A stretch of 64,000 nt of DNA from Craspedostauros australis (lineage: Eukaryota), in contig JALAGF010006529.1 of assembly GCA_030167865.1 (NCBI GenBank), positions 62,001-126,000 on the forward strand, written 5' to 3'. A program made the translations under genes and the position numbers. Shown here piece after piece: positions 33,661 through 44,349 of the stretch; position 1 is the stretch's first letter; every line of letters starts with the position of its first letter. The notes below the pieces were generated by a model. That model searched no databases. It was given only the letters and a program-made list of their open reading frames with translations, and was not told the DNA's origin.

Positions 33661-35220
33661 GGATCATCAGCAGCGGCGGATCACGGCGGCAGCCCCAGAC
33701 AGTACACGGAGACGCTCAAGGACAACACCATGGAGACCTCCGCATCCTCCGACCATCAATCGGCCGCAGCCAGACGGCGCATGAGCAATTCCACGCATTC
33801 CAGAAGCGCCAGCATCGACAGCGACACAGGTTACACCACCACATCCACGGACGGCGACTCCATCATGGGTCAGGGGAGGCGCAACACCAGAAAACCAAAA
33901 CCAAAGGTCTCCAGGGGAAGCGCCTCGGAGGATGGCTACGGTTCCGACCACGGCATGAAGCGAAGGAACAAGAGCACCAGAAGCAAGATGACCAAGAAAT
34001 CAGCCGACCTCGATGGCTACGGTTCAGACCACGGCATGAAACGCCGCAACAAGAAGACGAGGGAGGCGGCTGCGGCTGCAGCGGCCACCCCCGACAGCAA
34101 CAAGGCCTCGCTCGATGGATACGGTTCCGATCATGGAATGAAGCGCCGCGTCAAGTCCTCGAGGGCGCAGCGCAAAACACCCACCAACAAACCGCACGAC
34201 GGATCCTCGCGTCACGAATCCAGAACCAGGGCTGCCGCCAACCAGGAGATCGACGGCTACGGCTCCGATCACGGCATGAAGCGCCGGGTCCAGCGCGCCA
34301 CCCGCGCACAGCGCAAGGCGTCGACAGGCAGCGATGATGGCATCAACGACGACGACGACATCGACAAGAAGAAGCTTCAGCGCCAGAACAGCTCGGGCCG
34401 CCTCAGCAGATTCCTCGACCTCATCCCGGGACGATCCAAGCGCTCGCTCATGGACAGCAAGTCGGTCTCCGGGGCCGATGGGGCCGGCGCCAAGGAGAAG
34501 AAGACGGAGCGTAAGCGAAGTTCCAGCATCGGCGCCATGGCGAGACGTCTCACGCGACGGTCGGAGCGCCGTCTCGGAAAATCACAGCGCAACGCGGCTC
34601 CGCCCGATGCCGCACCGGAGGCAGCGCGGGGCGAGGGCGACGCGTTGGAGCATGTGCGCAGCCCGCCAAGGCGTCACAAGAGCATGGACTCCGCCCAGGT
34701 CGCGGGCGCGGAGATACATCCGCCCGAACTCTTTGAAGGTCGCGATCCCACGGCGCCGATCCGAGCGCAGTCCATGATGATGAACAGAGAACGCACGCGT
34801 CGCGGCAAGTCAGATTCACTCCACAACCTGCAGGACTACAACCCCAGCGAGCTACCCAGCACCTCATACTTCGCCAGCAACCACATCCTGCTCAACAGAG
34901 AACGCATGAAGCGAGGCATGAAGCCGCTCACCAGAAACAAGGCCATGGACGAGCTGGCCAGGGATCATGCCAACAGGATGGCCGAATCCTCGGGATGCAC
35001 GCCCCTCAAGGCAACCTTTGTTGGCAACGTCGTTCGTGGAGAGTCGATACGCGTCGTGCACAAGGCAATCATGAACAATCGGGAGGGACGCGAGCGCTAC
35101 AACATCCTCAATCCCTACTTCCAGGAATTCGGCATCGGTACCTGCAAGGGCGACGACGGCATGCTCTACGTCTGCCAGCTCTTCAGCGAGAGCATCGAAT
35201 TGGCATGCGTCGATACGTGA
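32835..35220 (+). CDS. Disordered protein with C-terminal CAP/SCP domain, paralog 2
   Basis: C-terminus: LLNRERMKRGMKPLTRNKAMDELARDHA...ERYNILNPYFQEFGIGTCKGDDGMLYVCQLF. Four internal DGYGSDHGMKRR repeats. The exact start Met is uncertain. Confidence 0.8.
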
Positions 35221-38200
35221 TGAATGATACCAATGCTTGGCATGGCGATCATTGCCGTGATGGATTAGGTGCGGTGATTGGCATCATGATTTTCATGCTC
35301 AGGATATTGGTTGAGCATGAGGACGATGGTATTTTTGTTGGTGTTACTGGTGGTGTTGATGGTGGCGTTGATTATGGTGATAGTGGTGGTGGTGGCACTC
35401 TTGCTTATCACTGATAATGATGGTGTGGAGACGCTGAAGGCGAAGGTGGACATGGAGGTAATACGTCATGTCATTCCATGCCATGCCATGTCTTGTGGCG
35501 CGTTCGAACGTGGAGACGTGGTTGCAATGAGGCAAATCAGCGGGGCAAGCGAGGACCATACGGAATGGTTCCGTCATGGGGTGGAATAGAGTGGATAAAA
35601 CCAACGCAGATCTCTTTTCTTCCATGCCCACACGCAGAATTCAAACTGTGAGATGCAAAAGAGAACCCGAGGTTATTCTACTCCTTCATGCCTTTCGATC
35701 CATGCTGCTCTGTTGCGAATCTCGCCAACTCCAAATTCTGCGGCGATCGGCAATCGAAGGAGGAGCGAAAGGATGCAACGACAGGACGACCGGAGCATGG
35801 TAATCGCTCTCGTATCCAGGGTGCATCCAAAAGACCATACGTCGGGTAATGCCATTGCGACGAAAAGTATCTGCGGCCGCCATAGCAGCAATAGCAGCAA
35901 TAGCAACAAGCGCTGCGATACCAGCCACTGCCGGCACCATCATTGTCATCGTTGCTGCCGTCGCCAAAGCCAGCATCGTCATGTCCATCATTATCAGCAG
36001 CAGTCGCCGTAGCACAACAACGATGAACAAATCAACAACGAACGTAACAACAACGAGACAGTTTTTCACGCATCGGCTCCCCCACCATCCATCATGTTCC
36101 GTTGAAACCACGCATGCCGTGAGCATGCTGCCGATCACCGCGCTGAGGCAGCTTCGCACCCGCGGAATGACGAGCCAAATCGAACCATGAGACGGAGGCC
36201 CATCACCGCTCCTTGTCTCTGTCTGTCTCGATCTTCTTAGCATCATCTTTTGTGCACCCCCAGAAACGCCCGTAGCTGCCACCACAGTGCCGAAGATTCG
36301 CCCCTTGGGATGCCGACCGTTCGGAGTCGATGTCGATGCCGATGTTGATGTGATGGTTGGTGGTTTTTGTTTTTGTGTCGTGTCATGACGTGCCTTGTGT
36401 GTTTTGTGACAGTTTGGGTCGGATCAGTCGTTATGTCCAGAATCGAGGCGTGTGTGTTCGCCAAAACAACTTCCGTGTGCGCGGGTTTCAAATGTGTCGT
36501 GGTTGTGCTTCATCCACGGACAGACGGCCGATGTGTCACCCAAACAACAAACAGCAGATTGAAAAAGAATGGCTTGGAATTCGATTGTCGCTGTGAGCGA
36601 CTGTTGCCACGCGCACACAGATGAAAGAAGGGAAGACGCGAAGATCAACGAGGAAGTCTGCAACACATGGCTTGTTGATCTGGGGTAGTCGTGGAAACGG
36701 TTCTGCTTGTTGAATTGACTGAAAGCTCGTTTATTCGTGAATAAAACATCATGAATGAATTTACGTGTACAACTCATAAAATGAGCGACATCCCATCTTC
36801 AACTCATTAGTGTTTTCATAGTAAGATGCGGTACAAACACACATATTGTAGGAAATAATGAGGTGAATCATTCCAGTCATGATCGCAAATATACAGAAAA
36901 CATCCAAGATGCACAAAGCGCCAAAATTGTTGGCACCAACAAGGGCAGCAGGCGTTCTTGCTGGTTGGCAGCTCAAAGACAAACAACAACACCAAAAGTT
37001 GCAGTACGAGCCAAAGGTAGCCATTGCAAGAAGAGAGTTTGCGGAGAAGCGTTGCACGTTTGGAGCTTGAGACGACCGCCGCACAAGGAGGTTGTACGGT
37101 GGTTGAACGCTGGTTGTTGGCTGATTGGTCGGCTGATCGGTTGGCTGATTGGTTGGTGTGGACACCAACAAAAGCCACAGTGACAACAGCGACGTTGGCA
37201 GCACCATCTGAGAGTGTCGACAGCAGCCAGAACAGCACCAGCACCAACAAACGCCGTAGCTGTAGCTGTAGCTGCAGTACTGATCTCACCAGAGTGGGAG
37301 CAGGAACAAGAACAATCGCAGCAGGAACAACTGCGACGAAAGGAGGTTTGGAGAACGAGGGGAGCGTGACTTTTGCGCAGGTGAACCCATTCATCATCAT
37401 TCATCACTTTTTAGCACAACTGAGAACAAAGCTCATAGTTTCAGAACTCTCCGATTCAGCAACCAAGCCACCCTTCCACTACAACCGCATCACGTGCATC
37501 ACATTCATCACATACATCACATTCATCACATACATCACTCGCATACATACATCACTCGCATCTCCAATCCGACACCGCATTGCATACAAACCTGGTGCAG
37601 GTCAAGACGTGGGAAGTAACTCAGAAGACGTGCGACACAGTGCTCATCAGAGTACCAGAACAACGGCAACAGTGTCGATCATCTACTGTGAGTGCGCGCT
37701 GTTGATTGATCTGCTCTGCTTTACTGCGAGCACCATTGCTCCTCTGGTTGGTTGGTTGCGTTGTCGTGTGGTGTGGTGAGGTGAGGTGAGGTTGAATGCA
37801 AGCGAATGGCAAACCCTGAACAAGGAGATCCATTGTGCTTGCACACGTATGATACAATTGCGAGGGCCGAGCCTGAAAGCTGTCAGACGAACAAAGCGAG
37901 GCACTCTGCTGTGCTCTGATCAGAGTACTCGTACGAATGCGGAGCACAGCCACATACCAACTCTACCTACCACGCACTCCGACCGAAGTGTGCAAGCGTT
38001 TGCGTCGCATGCACATGCAGCAACACATGACAGAAGGATCATCTCGAGACTTGCTCAACACCTGCTCTGCTCGTACTTGCTGTTTCGTTGCACGTCGAGC
38101 TCGCAATTACTCTGCTCTTGTCCCATCCACTAAAGACTGAAGCCTGACAATCACACAAGAACAGTGCCGAAAGCACCGACGACAGGTCATATCGAAGGCT

Positions 38201-38462
38201 GAACAACACCAGGGCACAACGGAACCCTTGGAAGCTGCTGCTGGATCACAGCTGAAGCCTATCCGTTGTGAGACCTTCTGCTCCCTGATTGGACCACTCT
38301 CTCGCTCGTGGGCCAACGCGGACGCAGGCGTCTTTCTTCATCGGTGCGTACGGTAGTGCATCCCTTCGCAGACGACGCGTCATCGCTGTGTAAACACAAC
38401 ACGACGAAGACGAACGAATCACATCATACCAGACCAACAACGACAACCCACGTATCTGTTCA

Positions 38463-39605
38463 ATGAATATTGAACTGCAAGATCCAGTACCAGAAACCTT
38501 CGCACCCGTTATCCATGCCTGCATTACTAGGCCCGTCATCCATGTTGCATCACACGATCCAGCAAACCATGTCATCAAGCAAAAACAGGTCGAGGTCGTC
38601 CGTCGTGACGACCCGTCGCAGGCCTACCTGGTAGTCTCCAGCATGGGCGATGTTAACTTGGACCATCACTCTCCGGGATGGGGCGACGTGCGCTTCGGCA
38701 TCAGCCTGCCGCGGGCGGAGAATCATCTCCTCACCACAGACGATGGCCAACCGCTCTGCGTCTTCCAGGCACCCAACCCCAGGGAATGCACCTACGTTGC
38801 CATCAAGCGGCTCGACAAGGCGGTGGTGCAGGATGCCCTGGCACGGGGAAAGAATGAGAATCCTTACAAGGAGATCTCCAGGATGCAAGAGCTCGGCGAC
38901 GATCATCACGTCCTGTCCTGCGTGGAGGCGTTGGAAGACGAGCGGTACCTCTACATCATCATGCCGTACTGTGAGCAACGATCGTTGGTCGAGTGGATTC
39001 CTTGGAATCAGGGCGTGCAGGAGCACCAGGCCAGAGACGCCTTCCAGCAGATCATGGAGAACCTCCTGTACTTGCAGTCTCACGGTCTCTGCCATCGCGA
39101 CCTGTCGCCAGACAATTGCATGATCCACAACGGGCGCATCGTCTTCACGGACATGGCCATGTCCTTCCGCATCCCCGAGTCCGGCTGGGTGACGCCGCTC
39201 GGAGGTTTCGGCAAGCCCGCCTATCTGTCGCCAGAGGTTTACAACGACATGCCCTTCGAGGGCCAGGCCTGCGACACGTGGTCCGTCGCTGTCATCCTCT
39301 TCAACCTACTCACCGGCCACATCCTGTGCACCATGCCCATTCCGGCAGATCTGAAGTTCCGTTACCTGGTGCTGGCCCAGGGCATCGCTCGCAACACCCT
39401 CAACGAGCAAACGTACGAGATCCTGATGGACGAGGAAGAGACGGACGAGCGCCAAGAGCTGCTGCACATCATCCAGAAGTGCCTCAACCTGAGCCCGGAG
39501 GCGCAGGCACTGCTCCAAGGGTCGTTGACCATTGTTCGAGAACAGCGCTGGACGGCGGGGCACATCCTGAGCAGTCCTTGGATGAGCCAGGATCCACCAC
39601 CATAA
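38463..39605 (+). CDS. Ser/Thr protein kinase (CAMK-like) with atypical motifs
   Basis: YVAIK, alphaC Glu in PYKE, HRDLSPDN, DMA at the DFG position, GKPAYLSPE, DTWS and RWTAGHILSSPW. Confidence 0.85.
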   Translation: MNIELQDPVPETFAPVIHACITRPVIHVASHDPANHVIKQKQVEVVRRDDPSQAYLVVSSMGDVNLDHHSPGWGDVRFGISLPRAENHLLTTDDGQPLCVFQAPNPRECTYVAIKRLDKAVVQDALARGKNENPYKEISRMQELGDDHHVLSCVEALEDERYLYIIMPYCEQRSLVEWIPWNQGVQEHQARDAFQQIMENLLYLQSHGLCHRDLSPDNCMIHNGRIVFTDMAMSFRIPESGWVTPLGGFGKPAYLSPEVYNDMPFEGQACDTWSVAVILFNLLTGHILCTMPIPADLKFRYLVLAQGIARNTLNEQTYEILMDEEETDERQELLHIIQKCLNLSPEAQALLQGSLTIVREQRWTAGHILSSPWMSQDPPP

Positions 39606-41625
39606 TGCCAACCCTGTTGACATCGCATCCACAAAGGGAGGCTGGCAGAGAGAAAGAGCGATAAAGGGAGACAGTGGATGAATGCAAGGGGCACATGCCT
39701 GCGTGGAAGCGGCAGCAACTCATCTTGACGAACAAGAAGCCCGCGTAGCTCACGACCGCCTCCCCTGTGCAAGCCAGGCAACCATTGCGGCCACGATGGC
39801 AACACAGCAACAGATATGCTGACGCATGAGGCAGAGGCATCACAAAGCCAACGAAAGAAAGGACAACACAACTAAAGCCGAAGAAATGCATGTACAGAAA
39901 CGAGAAACACACCACAAAAGACGAACAAAACAAACAAAAAGAAAGCAAAGACAAAGAAAAACAGAACAAAACAAGACAAGGAAGACCCACCCGATCCCAT
40001 TCTTCCGCTCCCTTCTGTCAGGATGCACCATCATCGATGATGAACATCGGTCGCGCGGGCGTCAATGACGATTGGAGCGTGGGGATGGCAGAAAAACGAT
40101 CGGAAAGAAGGGAAAGACAAGGATAAACATGAATGTAGTAGTTACGTTGTGCATATTGTAGAATATGGTACTCTGCTCTACTCTACCTGATGAAGTGTAA
40201 TATTATGCACGATACTCCATGCATCGCCCACCATTGCGTATCATGCACGCACATTCTTGCACGAAGAGCAGTGCGAGTGAAGTACAGCACTGTGGAGGAG
40301 CCTCGGGTACTGCAGGAGCACTTGCGATTATGAGTGTGGTGGTGGTGGTGTACGTAGTATTAGTCCATGGCTCGTGCTCTGGAGTTGTGATGATGGTGGT
40401 GGTGGTGGTGGCGCTGATGATGGCGGAGAATGATCGCCAAAGGAGGCAAAGGTCGTAGGTACAGCACAGAGCCAAGCCCATCACCTCAATCCGTCACGCA
40501 GCATTCCACCAACCAACCGGCTTCCGCACTGTTCGATCCGGGCGTCATCTGCGCTGACACGAGCATGTGAAAACACAAATGGTGCGGTGGCTGAAGGCGA
40601 TGCTGAGAAGTGGAGGTGAGCAGAGAGAGAGACCATGATGTTGCCTCTGTTGTGCATGGACGCATGATGCTGTTGCGGAGTTGTGACTTCGTGACTTGGC
40701 ACATCCGTGAAGGCAAGGTGCCTTGTGCCCATGTGCCTTGTGGCGAAAGAATTAGTCTCCCTGAATCGTGGAAGATGAGGCAAGCTCAGTCCCGCCAAAT
40801 TGAAAGCGACCGAAAACGTGGTTGTCTGTTTTGGTCTTGCATCGCCACCGTGGAGGAGTACGAGTGGTTCGGGTAGAAAGTCTCGAAGGTTAAAAGTGGC
40901 CCAACGCGGTTGTTTCGGAAGGACCAACGACCCAGTGAGTTTTCTGCGTCTCACGAGCCAAGACTGCAGCAAGGCGGCGGTGGTGGTGATTGCTGAGGAT
41001 GTCCGATGGAAATACGGAATTCGCAACGACATCTTGTACGGGCCGGGTTGAGCCAAACCCGTAACACGGATACGAGCCAATTCGCCCCTTGTGATTGTGC
41101 TCGTTTGCACGCGGAGAGGCGTGGCTGCGTGCACGAGGAGTTGGAAGGTTTTGGTACTCCGCACAAGAACGACACAACACTGTGGACGACCGCAACAGCA
41201 TCATCAACAGCATAGTCAACACCATCACTGCTCTGCAACCTACCTTGATACACCCTGCACGATTGGTGCATCAACAGTACTATACGCCCGTAGGAGTCGC
41301 CACAACACTCGCAGTCAACCACAGTGAATCGCTGTACGTGCATAGATACGAAGAGCATCACCGGCAAGACCAGGAGGAGCAAGAGCAAGAAGAGAGCATC
41401 AACAAGCACTCCCGCTGCGCTGTTCCGTTCCAAGACCAACAGGTTTGGCAGGTTTGGCAGGTTTGGCAGGTACACAGCCCCGTTCCTGCATTTACCCGGG
41501 CCTTTCATGCATAGCGCCGTCCAAGGGACCTGAGCAACTGAGCAACTGAACAACTGAGCATCACACGGAGCACAACCCAGACCAACAGCACAACACCACA
41601 ATACTTAGTATACGATCTATCGCAG

Positions 41626-43371
41626 TTGGAAGACACTTGGAAGACAGCAGAGATGAGGCTGGGAAAGACAAGGCTCTCCAAGGAGGAGAAGCTGAAGGCC
41701 GAAGAGCTGAAGCGCCAAGAGGAGAAGCTGCAGCGCCAAAAGGGAGTCGAAGATGAGTGGATGGACTCCAGCATCACCTTCTACGAGACCATGGGGCAGT
41801 CCTTCACGTCCGTGGCTTCCTCCGTCACGTCTCCGCCTTCCTACTCCGGCATTGCGTTTGCCAAGTACCTCCAAGGGGGCGGCTCCTTCTCGGAGGGCGG
41901 CAGCAACGACAACAGCGCGGCGTCCTCCGGTGCTTCGCAGCATCAGTGGGAGGAAGGCAGCGGCGGAGGCAGCGCAGTTGGCGGTGGGGCCTCGACCTCT
42001 GGTGGATCAACCGTGTCATCCGCAGATCGGGACACCGAGCATCTGCGTGGCAACGCCCATGCTGGCACAACCACAAGCATGAGCACAAACATGAGCACAG
42101 GCGCGAGCGTGGCCTCTGACCAGAGCTCCAAGAAGAGCAAAAAGAAGAAGAAGATGAAGAAGAAGCTCAAGAAGCTGGTCAAGCGCAGCAACCGTCGCAG
42201 CGGCTTCTTCGGCTCCATCTCGGAAGAGGAGGGGGACATCGACGTCCACACCGCGGAATCGACCCTGGCTGATGAATCGGCCGCCAAGGAATCCACGCAC
42301 GGCAAGCCACCCATGCAACAACGCAGAAGGCGACGCAGCCTCTTCGGCAACATGGGGGGCTCTTCCAGCGCGGCGGAGGCGGCCACTTCTGCCGAATCAG
42401 ACGTCGATCATGCCGCGATCGATGCGATGCATGCGGGCAATCGCAGCGTCCACAGCAATCAGTCGCGTTCCGTCGACTCGCTCTCTGGTCGGCAACGTGC
42501 GGACTCCACTTCCTCCGTGGGGAACAAGTCGCAGGACGACGATAGCTCTGCTGCGCGTGAGAGGGGCAGCCAGACACGAAAGGCGGGAAAGCCCCGTCGA
42601 CGACGCAGCCTCTTCGGTTCCGTCGGTGGCGGTGGCGGCGGTGGTGGAAGCAAGTCCGATTTGCGGGACAAGGAAGCCCCCTTGTCGTCGACGACCCACC
42701 ATCATGAACAACGTCCAAAGCACCGTCCGGTCCGAAGAAGGAGTTTGTTTGGTGGCGTGGGAGGTCGTTCCGACAATCACGGCGAGGGAGCTGCCAACGG
42801 CATCAAGAAAAAGGAGAAGAACAAGAGCAAGGGCGATGTGGAGGATGGCGCATCCGCGGCAACCAGAGACGCCAGCGAACATGCCGAAGCCAAGCACTCG
42901 TCCAAATCCAGCAGAAGGAGGCGAAGGCACTCCATTTCTGGAACGTCCTCCTCCAACCTTGGGATGGCCAGCACCTCGCACACGTTCAACGGCATCGACG
43001 ATACCAAAAGCAACCTCGAAGCCCTGCGTTGCCTCACGGCCGACATCCACCGCGTCGTCAATCAGGAGCGCGTGCTGCGCAAGATGCAGCCGTTCTCGCG
43101 CAACGTCATCCTCGACGCGATGGCGTCCGACGTCGCCTACCAGCTGGCGAGCACGCAGGGCCAGTCGGCGGCCACGTCGCACAACATACAGTACCATGGC
43201 AACATCGGCCAGGGCACGTCGCTGGATCACATCCACGCCACCATGATGAAGGATCTCACGGGCACGGCTCGCAAGAACATCCTCAGCTCACGATTCACGC
43301 AGTTCGGAATGGCACTCACCAAGGGCATGCACGATGACAAGATGTACCTCTGTCAGCTCTTCAAACAGTGA
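41626..43371 (+). CDS. Disordered protein with C-terminal CAP/SCP domain, paralog 3 (5' end uncertain)
   Basis: C-terminus: VVNQERVLRKMQPFSRNVILDAMA...GNIGQG...ARKNILSSRFTQFGMALTKG...MYLCQLF. The ORF begins right after a CAG (possible acceptor, 41623-41625); the first ATG is at 41653. Confidence 0.75.
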   Translation: MEDTWKTAEMRLGKTRLSKEEKLKAEELKRQEEKLQRQKGVEDEWMDSSITFYETMGQSFTSVASSVTSPPSYSGIAFAKYLQGGGSFSEGGSNDNSAASSGASQHQWEEGSGGGSAVGGGASTSGGSTVSSADRDTEHLRGNAHAGTTTSMSTNMSTGASVASDQSSKKSKKKKKMKKKLKKLVKRSNRRSGFFGSISEEEGDIDVHTAESTLADESAAKESTHGKPPMQQRRRRRSLFGNMGGSSSAAEAATSAESDVDHAAIDAMHAGNRSVHSNQSRSVDSLSGRQRADSTSSVGNKSQDDDSSAARERGSQTRKAGKPRRRRSLFGSVGGGGGGGGSKSDLRDKEAPLSSTTHHHEQRPKHRPVRRRSLFGGVGGRSDNHGEGAANGIKKKEKNKSKGDVEDGASAATRDASEHAEAKHSSKSSRRRRRHSISGTSSSNLGMASTSHTFNGIDDTKSNLEALRCLTADIHRVVNQERVLRKMQPFSRNVILDAMASDVAYQLASTQGQSAATSHNIQYHGNIGQGTSLDHIHATMMKDLTGTARKNILSSRFTQFGMALTKGMHDDKMYLCQLFKQ

Positions 43372-43906
43372 CTGTACTTGGAGTGTAGTAGTCATGTATT
43401 ATACTATGGTAGTCCAATAGGGAGTCCAGTAGGCAGTCAGGCACTTAGTCAGTTAGTTAGTCAGTTGCATACCCAGTATACTCTACAGTGTTGTAGCTCA
43501 TGTCTATACCATAGATGCGCTGTCTCTCTCCACATACGACTACACACGCAGAGTGATGTGGCGAGAGTCCCCTGATCCACAACAGCACAAGCACGCGTAG
43601 GCTGATCAAGCTCGCGCTTGTGTGGAGTGCTCATCTGATCCACAACGACACTTGCTTGTTTTGGGAGAGAGCGACGGCGTTTGCGATACTCGTACAGCAG
43701 CAGTAGTCCAAACACTGCAACGCACAACTCCAACCATGAACAGTGCTGTGTCTGGCACCACCACATGCAGGGGTTATCAATTGTGAAGAAAACGGGTTTG
43801 CTCTATAGTCGTTAGTTGTTGCTATGAGTAGTACGCCTCTCGGAACCCGCCTGCTCTCTGATCTAGTGTATGCCATCTTCCTGCTCTCCCCACTCATTGT
43901 CGTGTA

Positions 43907-43993
43907 CGTGCGCAAGGTGGAATCGAACCACTACGCCGCTAAGCGTCCACAGGTTTGAAGCCTGCACCCAGCACCAGCCAGGATCATGCACAC
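43907..43993 (-). tRNA. tRNA-Sec (selenocysteine tRNA, anticodon UCA)
   Basis: Minus strand reads GTGTGCATGATCCTGGCTGGTGCTGGGTGCAGGCTTCAAACCTGTGGACGCTTAGCGGCGTAGTGGTTCGATTCCACCTTGCGCACG. It folds as the eukaryotic 9/4 tRNA-Sec: 9-bp acceptor stem with a U-U mismatch, 6-bp D stem with a 4-nt loop, anticodon loop CTTCAAA, long variable arm, 4-bp T stem GTGG/CCAC and a G discriminator. Confidence 0.97.
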
Positions 43994-44059
43994 AAATGGA
44001 AAGCACGATGTCGTGAAGTACTCACAACGGTTCGTGCCTTCTCTACTCCTTTCCGTTGG

Positions 44060-44349
44060 TGTTCAGAGTAATCCCCGTTGAGTTGCGGACGCAGGTCCGT
44101 AACCAAGCATAACTTTGCTGTGACGGCGGCGAAGGGACAGCTCTCATGCTCTTGTCTCAGCAACAGATCGAGACCGTCGTCGCCAGAGTGTCGCCTCCAC
44201 CAGCTCCCGTTCCCGGGATGGCATTCTCTGCCGTTGCGTCCGGGGAATTTCTCCCAAGGAAGCCATGTTGGATCTGCCGAAGCAGGATCATGTGCTCTCG
44301 ATCACGTGGTGATGGAGCCTTCCTCGAGGCCGTTCTTGAACTCCGAACA
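44060..44349 (-). ncRNA. RMRP: RNase MRP RNA
   Basis: All core elements occur in order on the minus strand. P1 TGTTCGGAGT/ACTCTGAACA (44349-44340, 44069-44060); P2 TCAAG/CTTGG; P3 CTCGAGGAAG/CTTCCTTGGG with an inner C(UUCG)G hairpin; CR-I GAAATTCCCC (44251-44242); P8 GGCA-GAGAA-TGCC with the MRP-diagnostic GARAR loop; P9 CCCG-GGAA-CGGG; CR-IV AGTTA (44114-44110); P19 CGGAC/GTCCG; CR-V ACGGGGATTACT. Most wobble pairs read as G-U on this strand. Confidence 0.92.

Noticed and set aside
35221..38462. Hidden gene in the 3.2-kb gap, including donor-like CAG|GTGAAC at 37381
   Set aside because: Only low-complexity ORFs are present. Spliced 5' UTR exons are possible but cannot be tested from sequence.
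44060..44349. Alternative identity as RNase P, SRP or a U snRNA
   Set aside because: The GARAR P8 loop and CCCC/GGGG P4 helix are MRP-type. No SRP helix-8 motif or snRNA signature was seen.
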